Origin: a virus
Lineage: Duplodnaviria; Caudoviricetes
DNA: 57,053 nt
Strand: one strand, 5' to 3'
Virus record (IMG/VR): IMGVR_UViG_3300015206_000001
Span: 1 to 57,053 of that record
Below the pieces are notes generated by a model. It did no database searches and had not been told where the DNA came from. It saw nothing but the letters and a program-made list of their open reading frames with translations. The position numbers and the translations under genes were made by a program. The stretch's first letter is position 1. Every line of letters starts with the position of its first letter. Shown piece by piece: positions 45,671-53,680 of the stretch.

Positions 45671-46092
45671 CGCGCGCCACCATTCACGATTTGGCGCGCA
45701 CGGTGCGCCGAAATATCGCCATTAATTATTGCGTCACGTAGGTCCGAATATTCTTGCATTCGCGACGTCGAAGAGTTGCGGGCAGCAGACACTCCCGAGG
45801 GGCCATCGGAATGCCTGCCGCCCGCGATCCGCCGGAGGGCGGTGGCGGAAGGTGAAATGTCGAGAGAGCGATTCAGGACGTCGCGTTTGGCCCGTTCACG
45901 AGACGAAGCCTCGAACCGATCGAGCTGCGCCCGGGAAAATCCCGGTACGTCGCCGAAGGCGTGATCGAAGGGATCGAACTGCGGGTGTCGCGTCCGCAGT
46001 CCGATCCCAGGCGCGCGGCGAACCGCGTGCCAAACCGCGCACGCCATACAAAGCGCGATGACCACGAGAGCAATCTGGATAAGGACGATCAT
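45667..46092 (-). CDS. Hypothetical protein with N-terminal TM segment
   Basis: ATGA-coupled start MIVLIQIALVV. Confidence 0.55.
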   Translation of the reverse strand: MIVLIQIALVVIALCMACAVWHAVRRAPGIGLRTRHPQFDPFDHAFGDVPGFSRAQLDRFEASSRERAKRDVLNRSLDISPSATALRRIAGGRHSDGPSGVSAARNSSTSRMQEYSDLRDAIINGDISAHRARQIVNGGAR

Positions 46093-46253
46093 CGCTGCGC
46101 CACCGTGGCACAACGCGAGAACAGGGCGCCGGCATTGGCCGCGCGGCACCATTTCGGCGCGCGCGCATCGTCGATCGGCGCGCCAAGGCCAAGAATGAAG
46201 AGGCCTGTGACGAAGCCCGCGATGAGCATAATTCCGCTGGTTCTTTCGGACAT
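46089..46253 (-). CDS. Small membrane protein (54 aa)
   Basis: Own translation MSERTSGIMLIAGFVTGLFILGLG...; GGAG RBS. Confidence 0.55.
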   Translation of the reverse strand: MSERTSGIMLIAGFVTGLFILGLGAPIDDARAPKWCRAANAGALFSRCATVAQR

Positions 46254-46346
46254 AGGTTCTCGCTCCGCGAAGATGCAAATCTCGCGCGATTGGTTTCGGG
46301 GTGATGTCAGGGTTACGCTGTGATGCTACTGGAACTGGGTCGAAGG

Positions 46347-46472
46347 TTAGCTGGCGCTTTCAGCCAGCCCGGCCTCCGGAATTGTGTTGTCGACGGCACG
46401 CGGGCGCCACCAAGGCAGCCACGCAATGTTAAGGGCGATCCACGAGAGCAAGATGATGCCGGCAATGGTCAT
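46347..46472 (-). CDS. Small membrane protein (41 aa)
   Basis: GAGG RBS; MTIAGIILLSWIALNIAWLPWW. Confidence 0.5.
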   Translation of the reverse strand: MTIAGIILLSWIALNIAWLPWWRPRAVDNTIPEAGLAESAS

Positions 46473-46642
46473 GGCAGCCTCACATGAGGCCAGGTGCGAA
46501 CCACCGCGGCGCCGACGATCAGCCAGAACACCCCGAAAGCGACGATCCCGGCCGGAAGCAGCAACGCCGGCGCATAGAACTGGTTGCGGCGGTCGATGAT
46601 CGCCTGGCGCTTTTCGGTGAAGTTGATGATCTGGGCGGTCAT
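46469..46642 (-). CDS. Small membrane protein (57 aa)
   Basis: Own translation MTAQIINFTEKRQ...LLLPAGIVAFGVFWLIVGAAVV; ATGA overlaps at both ends. Confidence 0.6.
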   Translation of the reverse strand: MTAQIINFTEKRQAIIDRRNQFYAPALLLPAGIVAFGVFWLIVGAAVVRTWPHVRLP

Positions 46643-47025
46643 GCACGGCTCCGAAAAGCTTGCGGTCCTTCAAGACCTCGTCTTTGATCGAGGAACTTCT
46701 TGAAGGAGGAACGAAGATGGTCATCGACGGACGAAGCGTCGGCGAACGGATGGCGATCAACCTGATGGGCGACGTCTTCAGCGCGCTGGCTGTCGATTTC
46801 GCTACCGTCGATCGCGAGGCCGCCTTGAAGGCGCTCGGTCGGATTGAGCTGTCGATCGCGGATGTTTTGACGGATTTCCGCCAGAAGACGTCCGAGGGGA
46901 TCGGAGAGTACGACGCCGCATTCGACGCCATGCTCGAGACGATAAGCGCGCTCGTTGAGAATGCTCGCGACGCGGTGCAGTCGCGCGGCAAGCCATCGAA
47001 ATAAACGAGCTAAGCGCAGCTTCAT
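46639..47025 (-). CDS. Hypothetical ORF antisense to 46717-47004
   Basis: GGAGG RBS; stop coupled (ATGA) to the next operon gene. Confidence 0.45.
   Translation of the reverse strand: MKLRLARLFRWLAARLHRVASILNERAYRLEHGVECGVVLSDPLGRLLAEIRQNIRDRQLNPTERLQGGLAIDGSEIDSQRAEDVAHQVDRHPFADASSVDDHLRSSFKKFLDQRRGLEGPQAFRSRA
46717..47004 (+). CDS. Hypothetical helical protein, counter-oriented (moron-like)
   Basis: AAGGAGG RBS; natural-looking amphipathic helices. Confidence 0.7.
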   Translation: MVIDGRSVGERMAINLMGDVFSALAVDFATVDREAALKALGRIELSIADVLTDFRQKTSEGIGEYDAAFDAMLETISALVENARDAVQSRGKPSK

Positions 47026-47045
47026 GCCGCCCTCCGCAAATTGAA

Positions 47046-47452
47046 TCGGGCGACGGCGGGGCATATAGCGCGATCACGCGCCCTTCCCGATCGAGCTGGC
47101 GTCGCTATGCGACCGAAGCCCGATGTATGTGACCCGGGCTGTTGGATGCCAAGGCCGCCGCCCGAACTAAATTCGGACGGCGGCAAAGCCAACGTCACCG
47201 AGGGCTCACTCTCTCCCGAGGGTAGAGAGCTGTATGCTCCGCCATCCGAAACTGAATTGAATTGGCTGACGACCACCGCGACCGGACGATCAGAGAAATT
47301 CGGGGCAGTGGTCGTATCCGCCGCCATTGCTGGCGCCAGCGCGGATTTGAAACTGGCGAGGCGCGCACTGAGTGCCGCGAGGGATTGGTCATCAGCACCG
47401 AAGTGCCTACGGCCTTTCCGGAGGGAGCCTTGCGAGCTGTACCTCGCGCCTC
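47046..47452 (-). ncRNA. Putative tandem structured RNA array
   Basis: Several long closing stems with G-U pairs valid only on the minus strand; internal hairpins including cUUCGg. Confidence 0.55.
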
Positions 47453-47463
47453 TGGGGTATTCG

Positions 47464-47724
47464 TTATGCTCGCTTGCGCGGACGTATCTCTTGCACGATG
47501 ACCATGACGGCATCGACGGAAGGCTCGCGCTTGCCGGAGAGCCAGAATTTTGCGGCCCGTTCGCTGACGTTGGCGCGATAAGCAAGCTCGGCTGCTGTCT
47601 TGCGAGGCCAGAGAGCGCGCGCCGCGATCGCAAAGCCATTCCGAAATTTTGGTGAACAGTTGGGAACATGTGTTCCCCGTTCGGAACTGGACGGAAGCGC
47701 CGTCCTCCCGCTTGATTCGCCCAT
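47464..47724 (-). CDS. HTH protein in the CII position
   Basis: KTAAELAYRANVSERAAKFWLSGKREP; downstream of cro. Confidence 0.7.
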   Translation of the reverse strand: MGESSGRTALPSSSERGTHVPNCSPKFRNGFAIAARALWPRKTAAELAYRANVSERAAKFWLSGKREPSVDAVMVIVQEIRPRKRA

Positions 47725-47965
47725 GAACACAACCCCCACAACGCAACACAACTCCGTGACGATCTCGATTGAGCTGAAATCCAAAATGCAGAACGCCGCG
47801 ATTTTCCTGCAAAATCGCAATGCAGCATCACTCGGCGTGCAAAGTTACTGGGTAACTGATTTAAATTGTAAGGGAACCGTTGTGATGTCATCATCTTACC
47901 CCACCAGCGCCACAAAACAGCTTGGGGTAGAAGACCATGGGGACGATTGTTCGCCTGCCGCAGCG

Positions 47966-48178
47966 TCATGCGCGCGCCTCGACTTTAAAGCCAAAAACAG
48001 AAGGCTCGGCCTGCTCGCCGATGGCGGCGAGAGCATCGCGAAAGAGCACGAACTTGCCGGCCGATATTTTCCCGCGGCTTTTCCAATTACTGACCGCCGG
48101 CAGCGAGACGCCGGCTAGGGCGGCCGCCGCCGACGGCCCACCAACGGCATCAATGACCGAATCAACTGTTCTAAGCAT
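47966..48178 (-). CDS. cro: Cro-like HTH repressor
   Basis: VIDAVGGPSAAAALAGVSLPAVSNWKSRGKI; divergent from cI. Confidence 0.85.
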   Translation of the reverse strand: MLRTVDSVIDAVGGPSAAAALAGVSLPAVSNWKSRGKISAGKFVLFRDALAAIGEQAEPSVFGFKVEARA

Positions 48179-48184
48179 GACTCC

Positions 48185-48213
48185 AGATAGTTCACAGAAC
48201 GTGAATGTGTCAA
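48185..48213 (-). promoter_or_regulatory. cro promoter with embedded operator
   Basis: TTGACA (48213-48208); palindrome TTCAC-N5-GTGAA (48191-48205) in the spacer. Confidence 0.7.
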
Positions 48214-48266
48214 GCGGTCACATAACGGCAATAGAATTTCGCCACCCCGTGAGGTTCAATCGGGGC

Positions 48267-48539
48267 ATGGCGGAAACCAACAAGTCATTGGCAGATAGGG
48301 TAAAATTGACGCGGGAGGCGCTGGAAATATCGGCGGCAGACCTGTGCAAAAGGCTAGATATCGACGCCAACCGCTGGTCTCAATACGAGAGCGGCAAGAG
48401 GCGAATCACCATGCCGGTTGCCAACAAGCTATGTGATGAATTTGACCTTTCACTGGACTGGATTTACCGCGCCAATCCTGCCCAGCTGCCGCACGCGCTC
48501 AGGCTGAAGATGCGTCAGGCTACGCCGAAAAAGGCTTAA
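48267..48539 (+). CDS. CI-like XRE HTH repressor (no peptidase domain)
   Basis: RVKLTRE..SAADLCKRL..WSQYESGKR..SLDWIY. Confidence 0.85.
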   Translation: MAETNKSLADRVKLTREALEISAADLCKRLDIDANRWSQYESGKRRITMPVANKLCDEFDLSLDWIYRANPAQLPHALRLKMRQATPKKA

Positions 48540-48547
48540 AATAAGCC

Positions 48548-49006
48548 GTGATCAAGAAGGTCATTCGTTCAATTTTTTTTATCGCCTGCGGGCTGATGAT
48601 TGTTGCTTATCTGCAGCACCCGACGAACCCGTCTTCCGTTGCAAACTCAGGTCCAGAAGCGCCCGGTAAGCCGTCAGCACCCCAGGTCGCTGCGGCACCA
48701 GAGAAAGTCTCGGAAACCCCGCTGCTCGGTAACGTTGTATTGAGCAAGATCAGCCTCCAGAAGCAGGACGTAACGTTCAGCGCGTCCTTCACCATTGAAA
48801 ACAAGAATCCCTTCGCAATCAAAGACGTTCAGGTTACGTGTCATCATTTCGCGAATAGCGGTACAGAGATCGACCAGAATACCAGGACGGTATTCGAGAT
48901 CGTACCAGCCAATGGCTCGAAACGTATTGCCAGCTTTAGCATGGGATTCATCCATAGCCAGGCAACGAAATCGGCCTGCGCGGCGGTCGCCGCCAAACCA
49001 GCCTAA
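48548..49006 (+). CDS. Membrane-anchored periplasmic protein (immunity-region moron)
   Basis: N-terminal TM, Pro-rich linker, Ig-like beta domain with two Cys. Confidence 0.75.
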   Translation: MIKKVIRSIFFIACGLMIVAYLQHPTNPSSVANSGPEAPGKPSAPQVAAAPEKVSETPLLGNVVLSKISLQKQDVTFSASFTIENKNPFAIKDVQVTCHHFANSGTEIDQNTRTVFEIVPANGSKRIASFSMGFIHSQATKSACAAVAAKPA

Positions 49007-49009
49007 AAA

Positions 49010-49083
49010 ATCACGCCGCGTGATCTTGATGTTCACACAATGTGATTTTTGCGCTTGACGACTTCACAGAACGTGAATAGTTT
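49010..49083 (+). promoter_or_regulatory. Early promoter with three operators
   Basis: WTCAC-N5-GTGAW at 49010, 49032 and 49063; TTGACG-N17-TAGTTT at 49055-49083. Confidence 0.75.
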
Positions 49084-49112
49084 GGCCCCCACAAATCTGG
49101 GGAGCCATCGCC

Positions 49113-49538
49113 ATGTATCTCGTTCGACCCTCCAATCCCGACTGGCAATCGCCAGGCCGGCCTTCGACCTTCTATCGGCGCCGGCCGGTCACGCCCACGT
49201 TCGAGGGGCTGACGGCCCTCGCGCTGGTCGTGCACCACCAGACCGCCAAGGCGCTTCTGGTTTCCGACAGCGGCGATCGCGCCAAGGCCGTGTGGCTGCC
49301 GAAATCCATGGTCTCGATCGAGCAGCCGTGGAGCCTTTGCTTCGTGGTCGCGACCATGACGGCCGGATTTGCCCGGCAAAAGCGGCTGATCCCGCGCTGG
49401 ATCGATCCCGAGATATTCAATGAGGGCGAGCGCGAGCTGCTGCGTGACGCCCAGGCGCGCGCCGCGACCAAGCGCAACATCTATCGCGGACATCACGTTC
49501 CGAACGCCCGCCACATCACCCAGCGCGATTTTTGCTGA
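49113..49538 (+). CDS. Hypothetical protein
   Basis: GGGAG RBS; TAKALLVSD..VWLPKS phage motif. Confidence 0.75.
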   Translation: MYLVRPSNPDWQSPGRPSTFYRRRPVTPTFEGLTALALVVHHQTAKALLVSDSGDRAKAVWLPKSMVSIEQPWSLCFVVATMTAGFARQKRLIPRWIDPEIFNEGERELLRDAQARAATKRNIYRGHHVPNARHITQRDFC

Positions 49539-49550
49539 ACCGGAGGTACC

Positions 49551-50036
49551 GTGGCCAAACCGAAGATCGAGAACATCTACGTTCATACAGGCGGCCTGGG
49601 TGGCCAAGCCAGCGTTCATTGGACGATCGGAGATCGTAAGTTTCACGTCTGGATGCGCGGCAAAGACGATCAGCCTGAGGACACAGTCCATTCCAATCCG
49701 GTAACGCGAAAAGAAAATTCGCGGCGCGACGAGCATCGCGGCCTCGATCGCACATGTAAGACGCAGTCTGACATCTGGACGGAGGTCTGGCAGTTCGTCC
49801 AGGCAAATCAGCTTATCGCAAAGTGTCGCGACGCCGATCGCGCCAAACGCGCATTCGAGACGCGCGAACGAGAGATAAAGCTGGCGATCGGTGCTCTCGA
49901 CCAGGAAGCGCTCGAAGAATGGCGCGCGGGGAAATTCAACTCGTCCCTGCCGGCCTGCGCAAAGCTCAACAAGCGCCGTTACCTCGAGCTGCAGCTTCGC
50001 CAGCTCGCTAAAGCAGCCGAGCCGGAGGCTGCATGA
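49551..50036 (+). CDS. Hypothetical protein
   Basis: GGAGG RBS. Confidence 0.75.
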   Translation: MAKPKIENIYVHTGGLGGQASVHWTIGDRKFHVWMRGKDDQPEDTVHSNPVTRKENSRRDEHRGLDRTCKTQSDIWTEVWQFVQANQLIAKCRDADRAKRAFETREREIKLAIGALDQEALEEWRAGKFNSSLPACAKLNKRRYLELQLRQLAKAAEPEAA

Positions 50037-50296
50037 ACCTCAAGAACCAGCCTCCCGTCTTTGTGCCGGCAGAAGTCGAGGCCGAGCTCGAGAAGCTCTC
50101 CAAGGCCGCGCTAATGGACCTGGTGTGGGATTACGCCGTCCAGATGACGAATGATTTAGCACCGGCGCACCTCGCGACACATGGCGCGAGCGCGACAGGT
50201 GCTGCAGTGGACGCCGCTCTCAACGAATTCCGCGAACGCCGCGAAGTAATCCTCCGCCATCGGCAGCTGGCCAAAGAACAATCGGAGGCCGCATGA
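50033..50296 (+). CDS. Hypothetical protein
   Basis: ATGA-coupled. Confidence 0.7.
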   Translation: MNLKNQPPVFVPAEVEAELEKLSKAALMDLVWDYAVQMTNDLAPAHLATHGASATGAAVDAALNEFRERREVILRHRQLAKEQSEAA

Positions 50297-50499
50297 CCGT
50301 CATCCCCTTCCCTGTACCGACGAGCTGCTCCGGCCGCACCATGCCCGGCCTGACCACACCGGAGCTCCGCCAGCGTGCCAGGGATAATTTCTATTCGCTG
50401 CAACGGAGCATCGGCGTCGATGCCGCCACGGCCTACGGCCTGGCCGAGGCGTTTGAAGCGGATCTGGAGCGGATCGCCAACATCATGAGGATCGGATGA
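50293..50499 (+). CDS. Hypothetical protein
   Basis: ATGA-coupled. Confidence 0.65.
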   Translation: MTVIPFPVPTSCSGRTMPGLTTPELRQRARDNFYSLQRSIGVDAATAYGLAEAFEADLERIANIMRIG

Positions 50500-50753
50500 A
50501 CGATACCCGATCATCGTCGCCGCTGCGCCATCTTGATCTTTCCGACGATGTAGCGGCCGCCGATATGGCGGCGGAGAAGGCGCGAGCGCTTTCCGCTGCT
50601 TACGAGCGCATCGAGGACCTGCAGAGCGCCATCAGGGAATTGCTCGGACTGCTTCGTGCGGTTGCCGGCAACAAGACTGGCGTTTCGGAAATGGTCCGCG
50701 ACGCCATTGAGGCCGATACACGGGTAGTCGACGCGCAGGAGCTGCTGCGATGA
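50496..50753 (+). CDS. Hypothetical protein
   Basis: ATGA-coupled. Confidence 0.65.
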   Translation: MNDTRSSSPLRHLDLSDDVAAADMAAEKARALSAAYERIEDLQSAIRELLGLLRAVAGNKTGVSEMVRDAIEADTRVVDAQELLR

Positions 50754-50887
50754 GGCTCGCATTCGTCTTCGCCGGCGCGATCATCCTGGTGGGGATGCTG
50801 TTTGACACCTTGAAGCCGCGGTGCCAGCCGGCGTCGCACCACGGCACGGCGGTCGCCTTCGGTTTACGGCTCGGGAGCTGCCCATGA
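50750..50887 (+). CDS. Small membrane protein (45 aa)
   Basis: Own translation MRLAFVFAGAIILVGMLFD...; ATGA overlaps at both ends. Confidence 0.55.
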   Translation: MRLAFVFAGAIILVGMLFDTLKPRCQPASHHGTAVAFGLRLGSCP

Positions 50888-51078
50888 GCGGCTGCAATTC
50901 GAATCCCGCCTATCTGCTGCGGCTGCTCGAGCTCAGCCCCTTCGAGCGGCGGCCGGCCGGCGGCTGGCGATTTGGCACCAGGAACGTTCGTGAGCGCGTT
51001 GTACTGGGCCTGGTCGCCAGCGGCCGCGCCAGGATCGAGGGCGATCGGGTTTTTCTCAGCATTCCGGAGGCGACATGA
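50884..51078 (+). CDS. Hypothetical protein
   Basis: ATGA-coupled start MSGCNS. Confidence 0.6.
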   Translation: MSGCNSNPAYLLRLLELSPFERRPAGGWRFGTRNVRERVVLGLVASGRARIEGDRVFLSIPEAT

Positions 51079-52001
51079 CCGACGACACACCTCGTCTTGC
51101 CCAAGGACAAAGCCTCGTCGTTGAGCGTGTCGTGTTCCGCGATTTCCCCGGCCCACATGCCGATATTCCGAGCGCCTTTGCAATCACCGCAGATGGCAAG
51201 GAATGGAGACTATCCGAGGACGAGATTAAGAATGCTATAAATATGCAGCCAATAGCCGCCCTAGCGCCCGGCAATGGCGCGGTGGAGGCGGATGCACTGG
51301 AACGCGCGGAAAAGGCCGAAACATACCTTTCGGAGGCAATGGACCTTCTTAGAGGGCATCTTGGCGATAACCTAATTTCGAAAATAGAGCGTGTCATCGA
51401 TCTCGCCGATTTGTGGCGAAAGCGCGCTGAAGAACTGCTGGCTGCACAAACTGCCCCTTCCCCCGCCGCGCTGGACCCGGTGACGGTGGAGGCGGAAAAG
51501 ACCTACGACGAAGGCATTACCTTCGCCATAGAACAGCTTGCCCTGATACTTGGCGTCGAAGATCGCTGGTCAATTCAAGATGGTAGTGACGACCACGATC
51601 AGGATGTGCGCGATACAATACGCCACGTTCTTGATCAAAGCCACTACGCGCCGCCAAGCATCGATGAAACGCCCAATGATCTGTTGTCGCGAGCACGCCA
51701 GTTCGTGGCCGATTCCGGATGTGACGAAGACGATCACGAGGTTAATATAGCACGGAACGAATTACTATCCGAGATCGACCGCGCCCTGATCGGCCAGCCC
51801 GCCAGCAATGGGGAGCCTGTGGAGGCGCTGAAGCATGCTCTTGCACGATTTGAATGTCTTGCCGAGCAGTTTGAAGAAACTGGCGATACGGCCTCGTGGG
51901 CAATGTGCAGCGTCGATGCTGACCGAATGCGCCGCGCCCTGATCGGCCAGCCCTCCTGTGCGTCAAAGCCGGACTCATCGACTGACAGGGAACAGTCGTG
52001 A
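51075..52001 (+). CDS. Modular hypothetical protein with repeated linkers
   Basis: VEA three times and RALIGQP twice as linkers. Confidence 0.75.
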   Translation: MTDDTPRLAQGQSLVVERVVFRDFPGPHADIPSAFAITADGKEWRLSEDEIKNAINMQPIAALAPGNGAVEADALERAEKAETYLSEAMDLLRGHLGDNLISKIERVIDLADLWRKRAEELLAAQTAPSPAALDPVTVEAEKTYDEGITFAIEQLALILGVEDRWSIQDGSDDHDQDVRDTIRHVLDQSHYAPPSIDETPNDLLSRARQFVADSGCDEDDHEVNIARNELLSEIDRALIGQPASNGEPVEALKHALARFECLAEQFEETGDTASWAMCSVDADRMRRALIGQPSCASKPDSSTDREQS

Positions 52002-52237
52002 ACATCGCGCGCACCAAGAGCGAAGCCCAGCTCCGCGCTGCGATCGCGTCAGCGGAGGCCTCAGCCCTGCAGGAGCTTCAATGGGGTCAGCTTTGCAAAG
52101 ATCCAAAGAACATCGAGTGGCGCCGAAAGACCGCTGAGATCTACCGAGAGGTCGCCGCCGATTATCGCTATGCCCTGGCCGAGCATCTTTTTCTCGACAG
52201 CCTGATCTACCATCCGATGCCGGAGAGGATACAATGA
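51998..52237 (+). CDS. Hypothetical protein
   Basis: GTGA-coupled. Confidence 0.65.
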   Translation: MNIARTKSEAQLRAAIASAEASALQELQWGQLCKDPKNIEWRRKTAEIYREVAADYRYALAEHLFLDSLIYHPMPERIQ

Positions 52238-52407
52238 GCGCGATCATCTTGATGGCCGAAAATCTCCGCGAGGAGCTTAAAGCCCGCGGCATCGAGATCG
52301 ACAGCCTCGCTTGCATCCACGTCGTGCGCAGCATGATCGACCACGCATCGGCGCTGGCTGACAGGACGGCCGAGCGGCAGCAGGCAGAGGTCCAGACGTC
52401 ACCATGA
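52234..52407 (+). CDS. Hypothetical protein (57 aa)
   Basis: Own translation MSAIILMAENLREELKARG...; ATGA overlaps at both ends. Confidence 0.6.
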   Translation: MSAIILMAENLREELKARGIEIDSLACIHVVRSMIDHASALADRTAERQQAEVQTSP

Positions 52408-52772
52408 GCCAACCGCTCACCCTCGCTGAGGCTGCCGGCCGCTTGCACAAAAGCAAGCGCTGGCTGCAGGACTGGCTGGCTCAAAATCCCGTGGACCAGG
52501 ACGGAAGGCCCTTCTGGTGCCAGCTTGGCCGGTCTAGGCTTTTCCGGGAGTGCGACATCGACCGGATCCTGGCAGCGAGTAACACGCCATGCCCCTCAAA
52601 CTCTTCCCGCCCCGTCCCGGTAAAACGCCGAACTGGACGATCCGCGGCAACTACATGCGGATCGCCGTTGACCGATCTTCGGGAACTGCTAAACGATCCG
52701 CAGCTCACCTTGAGCTCAAGCGCATCGAAAGAGCCATCGAACTTGGTGAGTTTCCGCCAAAGCCGCAGGTAA
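52404..52772 (+). CDS. xis: Excisionase-like HTH protein
   Basis: LTLAEAAGRLHKSKRWL..GRSRLF..DIDRI directly upstream of the integrase. Confidence 0.7.
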   Translation: MSQPLTLAEAAGRLHKSKRWLQDWLAQNPVDQDGRPFWCQLGRSRLFRECDIDRILAASNTPCPSNSSRPVPVKRRTGRSAATTCGSPLTDLRELLNDPQLTLSSSASKEPSNLVSFRQSRR

Positions 52773-53680
52773 AGGAAACCGAGGCCACCTTCGCTTCCGC
52801 AACCGTCACCTATTTGAGAACCGGCGGATCGCGCCGCGGCATCAAGAAGCTCGTCCGGCATTTCGGCGAGATGCCGCTCGACGATATCGACCAGGCCGCG
52901 ATCGACAGAGCCGCGATCGCGCTTTACCCCGACGTCACGGCCGCGACCCGCAACAGCTACGTCTATACGCCGGTCTCGGCCGTGCTGCATCGCGCCGGCA
53001 TCAACATCACGGTCAAGCGACCCAAGGGCCACAAGGGCAACGCGCGCACGCTCTTCCTTTTGCCGCCGGATGCGTTTGCCATCATCCGCGCGGCGGACGC
53101 GATCGACGCCGAGATGGGGCGGCTGTTGCGATTCCTGCTCTATACCGGTTGCCGGATCGGCGAGGCACTGGCGCTGAAATGGGAACGGGTCAGCCTGACC
53201 GAGCGGCTCGCCTATATCGAAACCTCGAAGAACGGCGACCCGCGAACCGTCAAGCTACGCGAGGAAATATGCGCACTGCTGGAGCCGCACCAGAAGCCCG
53301 CTGGGAAGGTGTTTCGCTTTCACCAGGGCGGACACCGGAATTTCCTGTTCCTCAACGCCAAGGTCACGGCATGCGGTCTGGCGCCCATTCCAAGGCCGAA
53401 GCGCAAAGAGAAGATGGTGATCCCGCCGTATCGCTACGGCTGGGTGACGTTCCACACCTTCTGCCACACATGGGCGACGTGGATGCGGCGCTACGGCGGC
53501 GCCGATACGCTTGGCCTGGTCGCAACCGGCCGCTGGCGCGACGAGCGCTCGGCGCGGCGCTATACCCACACGGCCGCATCGTCCGAATGGGACCGCACGG
53601 ATCTGCTGCCGTCGATGGGAGAGCGTGGGAGCAACGTGGGAGAGACGGCCGAAACGCCGAAAACGAAGGTAAATCAATAG
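52589..53680 (+). CDS. int: Tyrosine integrase
   Basis: YTGCRIGE, TSKNG, FHTFCHTWATW, GRW, RRY. Confidence 0.92.
   Translation: MPLKLFPPRPGKTPNWTIRGNYMRIAVDRSSGTAKRSAAHLELKRIERAIELGEFPPKPQVKETEATFASATVTYLRTGGSRRGIKKLVRHFGEMPLDDIDQAAIDRAAIALYPDVTAATRNSYVYTPVSAVLHRAGINITVKRPKGHKGNARTLFLLPPDAFAIIRAADAIDAEMGRLLRFLLYTGCRIGEALALKWERVSLTERLAYIETSKNGDPRTVKLREEICALLEPHQKPAGKVFRFHQGGHRNFLFLNAKVTACGLAPIPRPKRKEKMVIPPYRYGWVTFHTFCHTWATWMRRYGGADTLGLVATGRWRDERSARRYTHTAASSEWDRTDLLPSMGERGSNVGETAETPKTKVNQ

Noticed and set aside
47046-47166. tRNA gene
   Set aside because: Cloverleaf-like but has no GTTCRA T-loop, no 7-nt anticodon-loop geometry and no CCA.
47022-47969. 315-aa minus ORF and 204-aa plus ORF (47041-47655) over the structured region
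   Set aside because: They overlap the cII-like gene, have Ser/Arg/Pro-rich non-protein-like composition and no convincing RBS.
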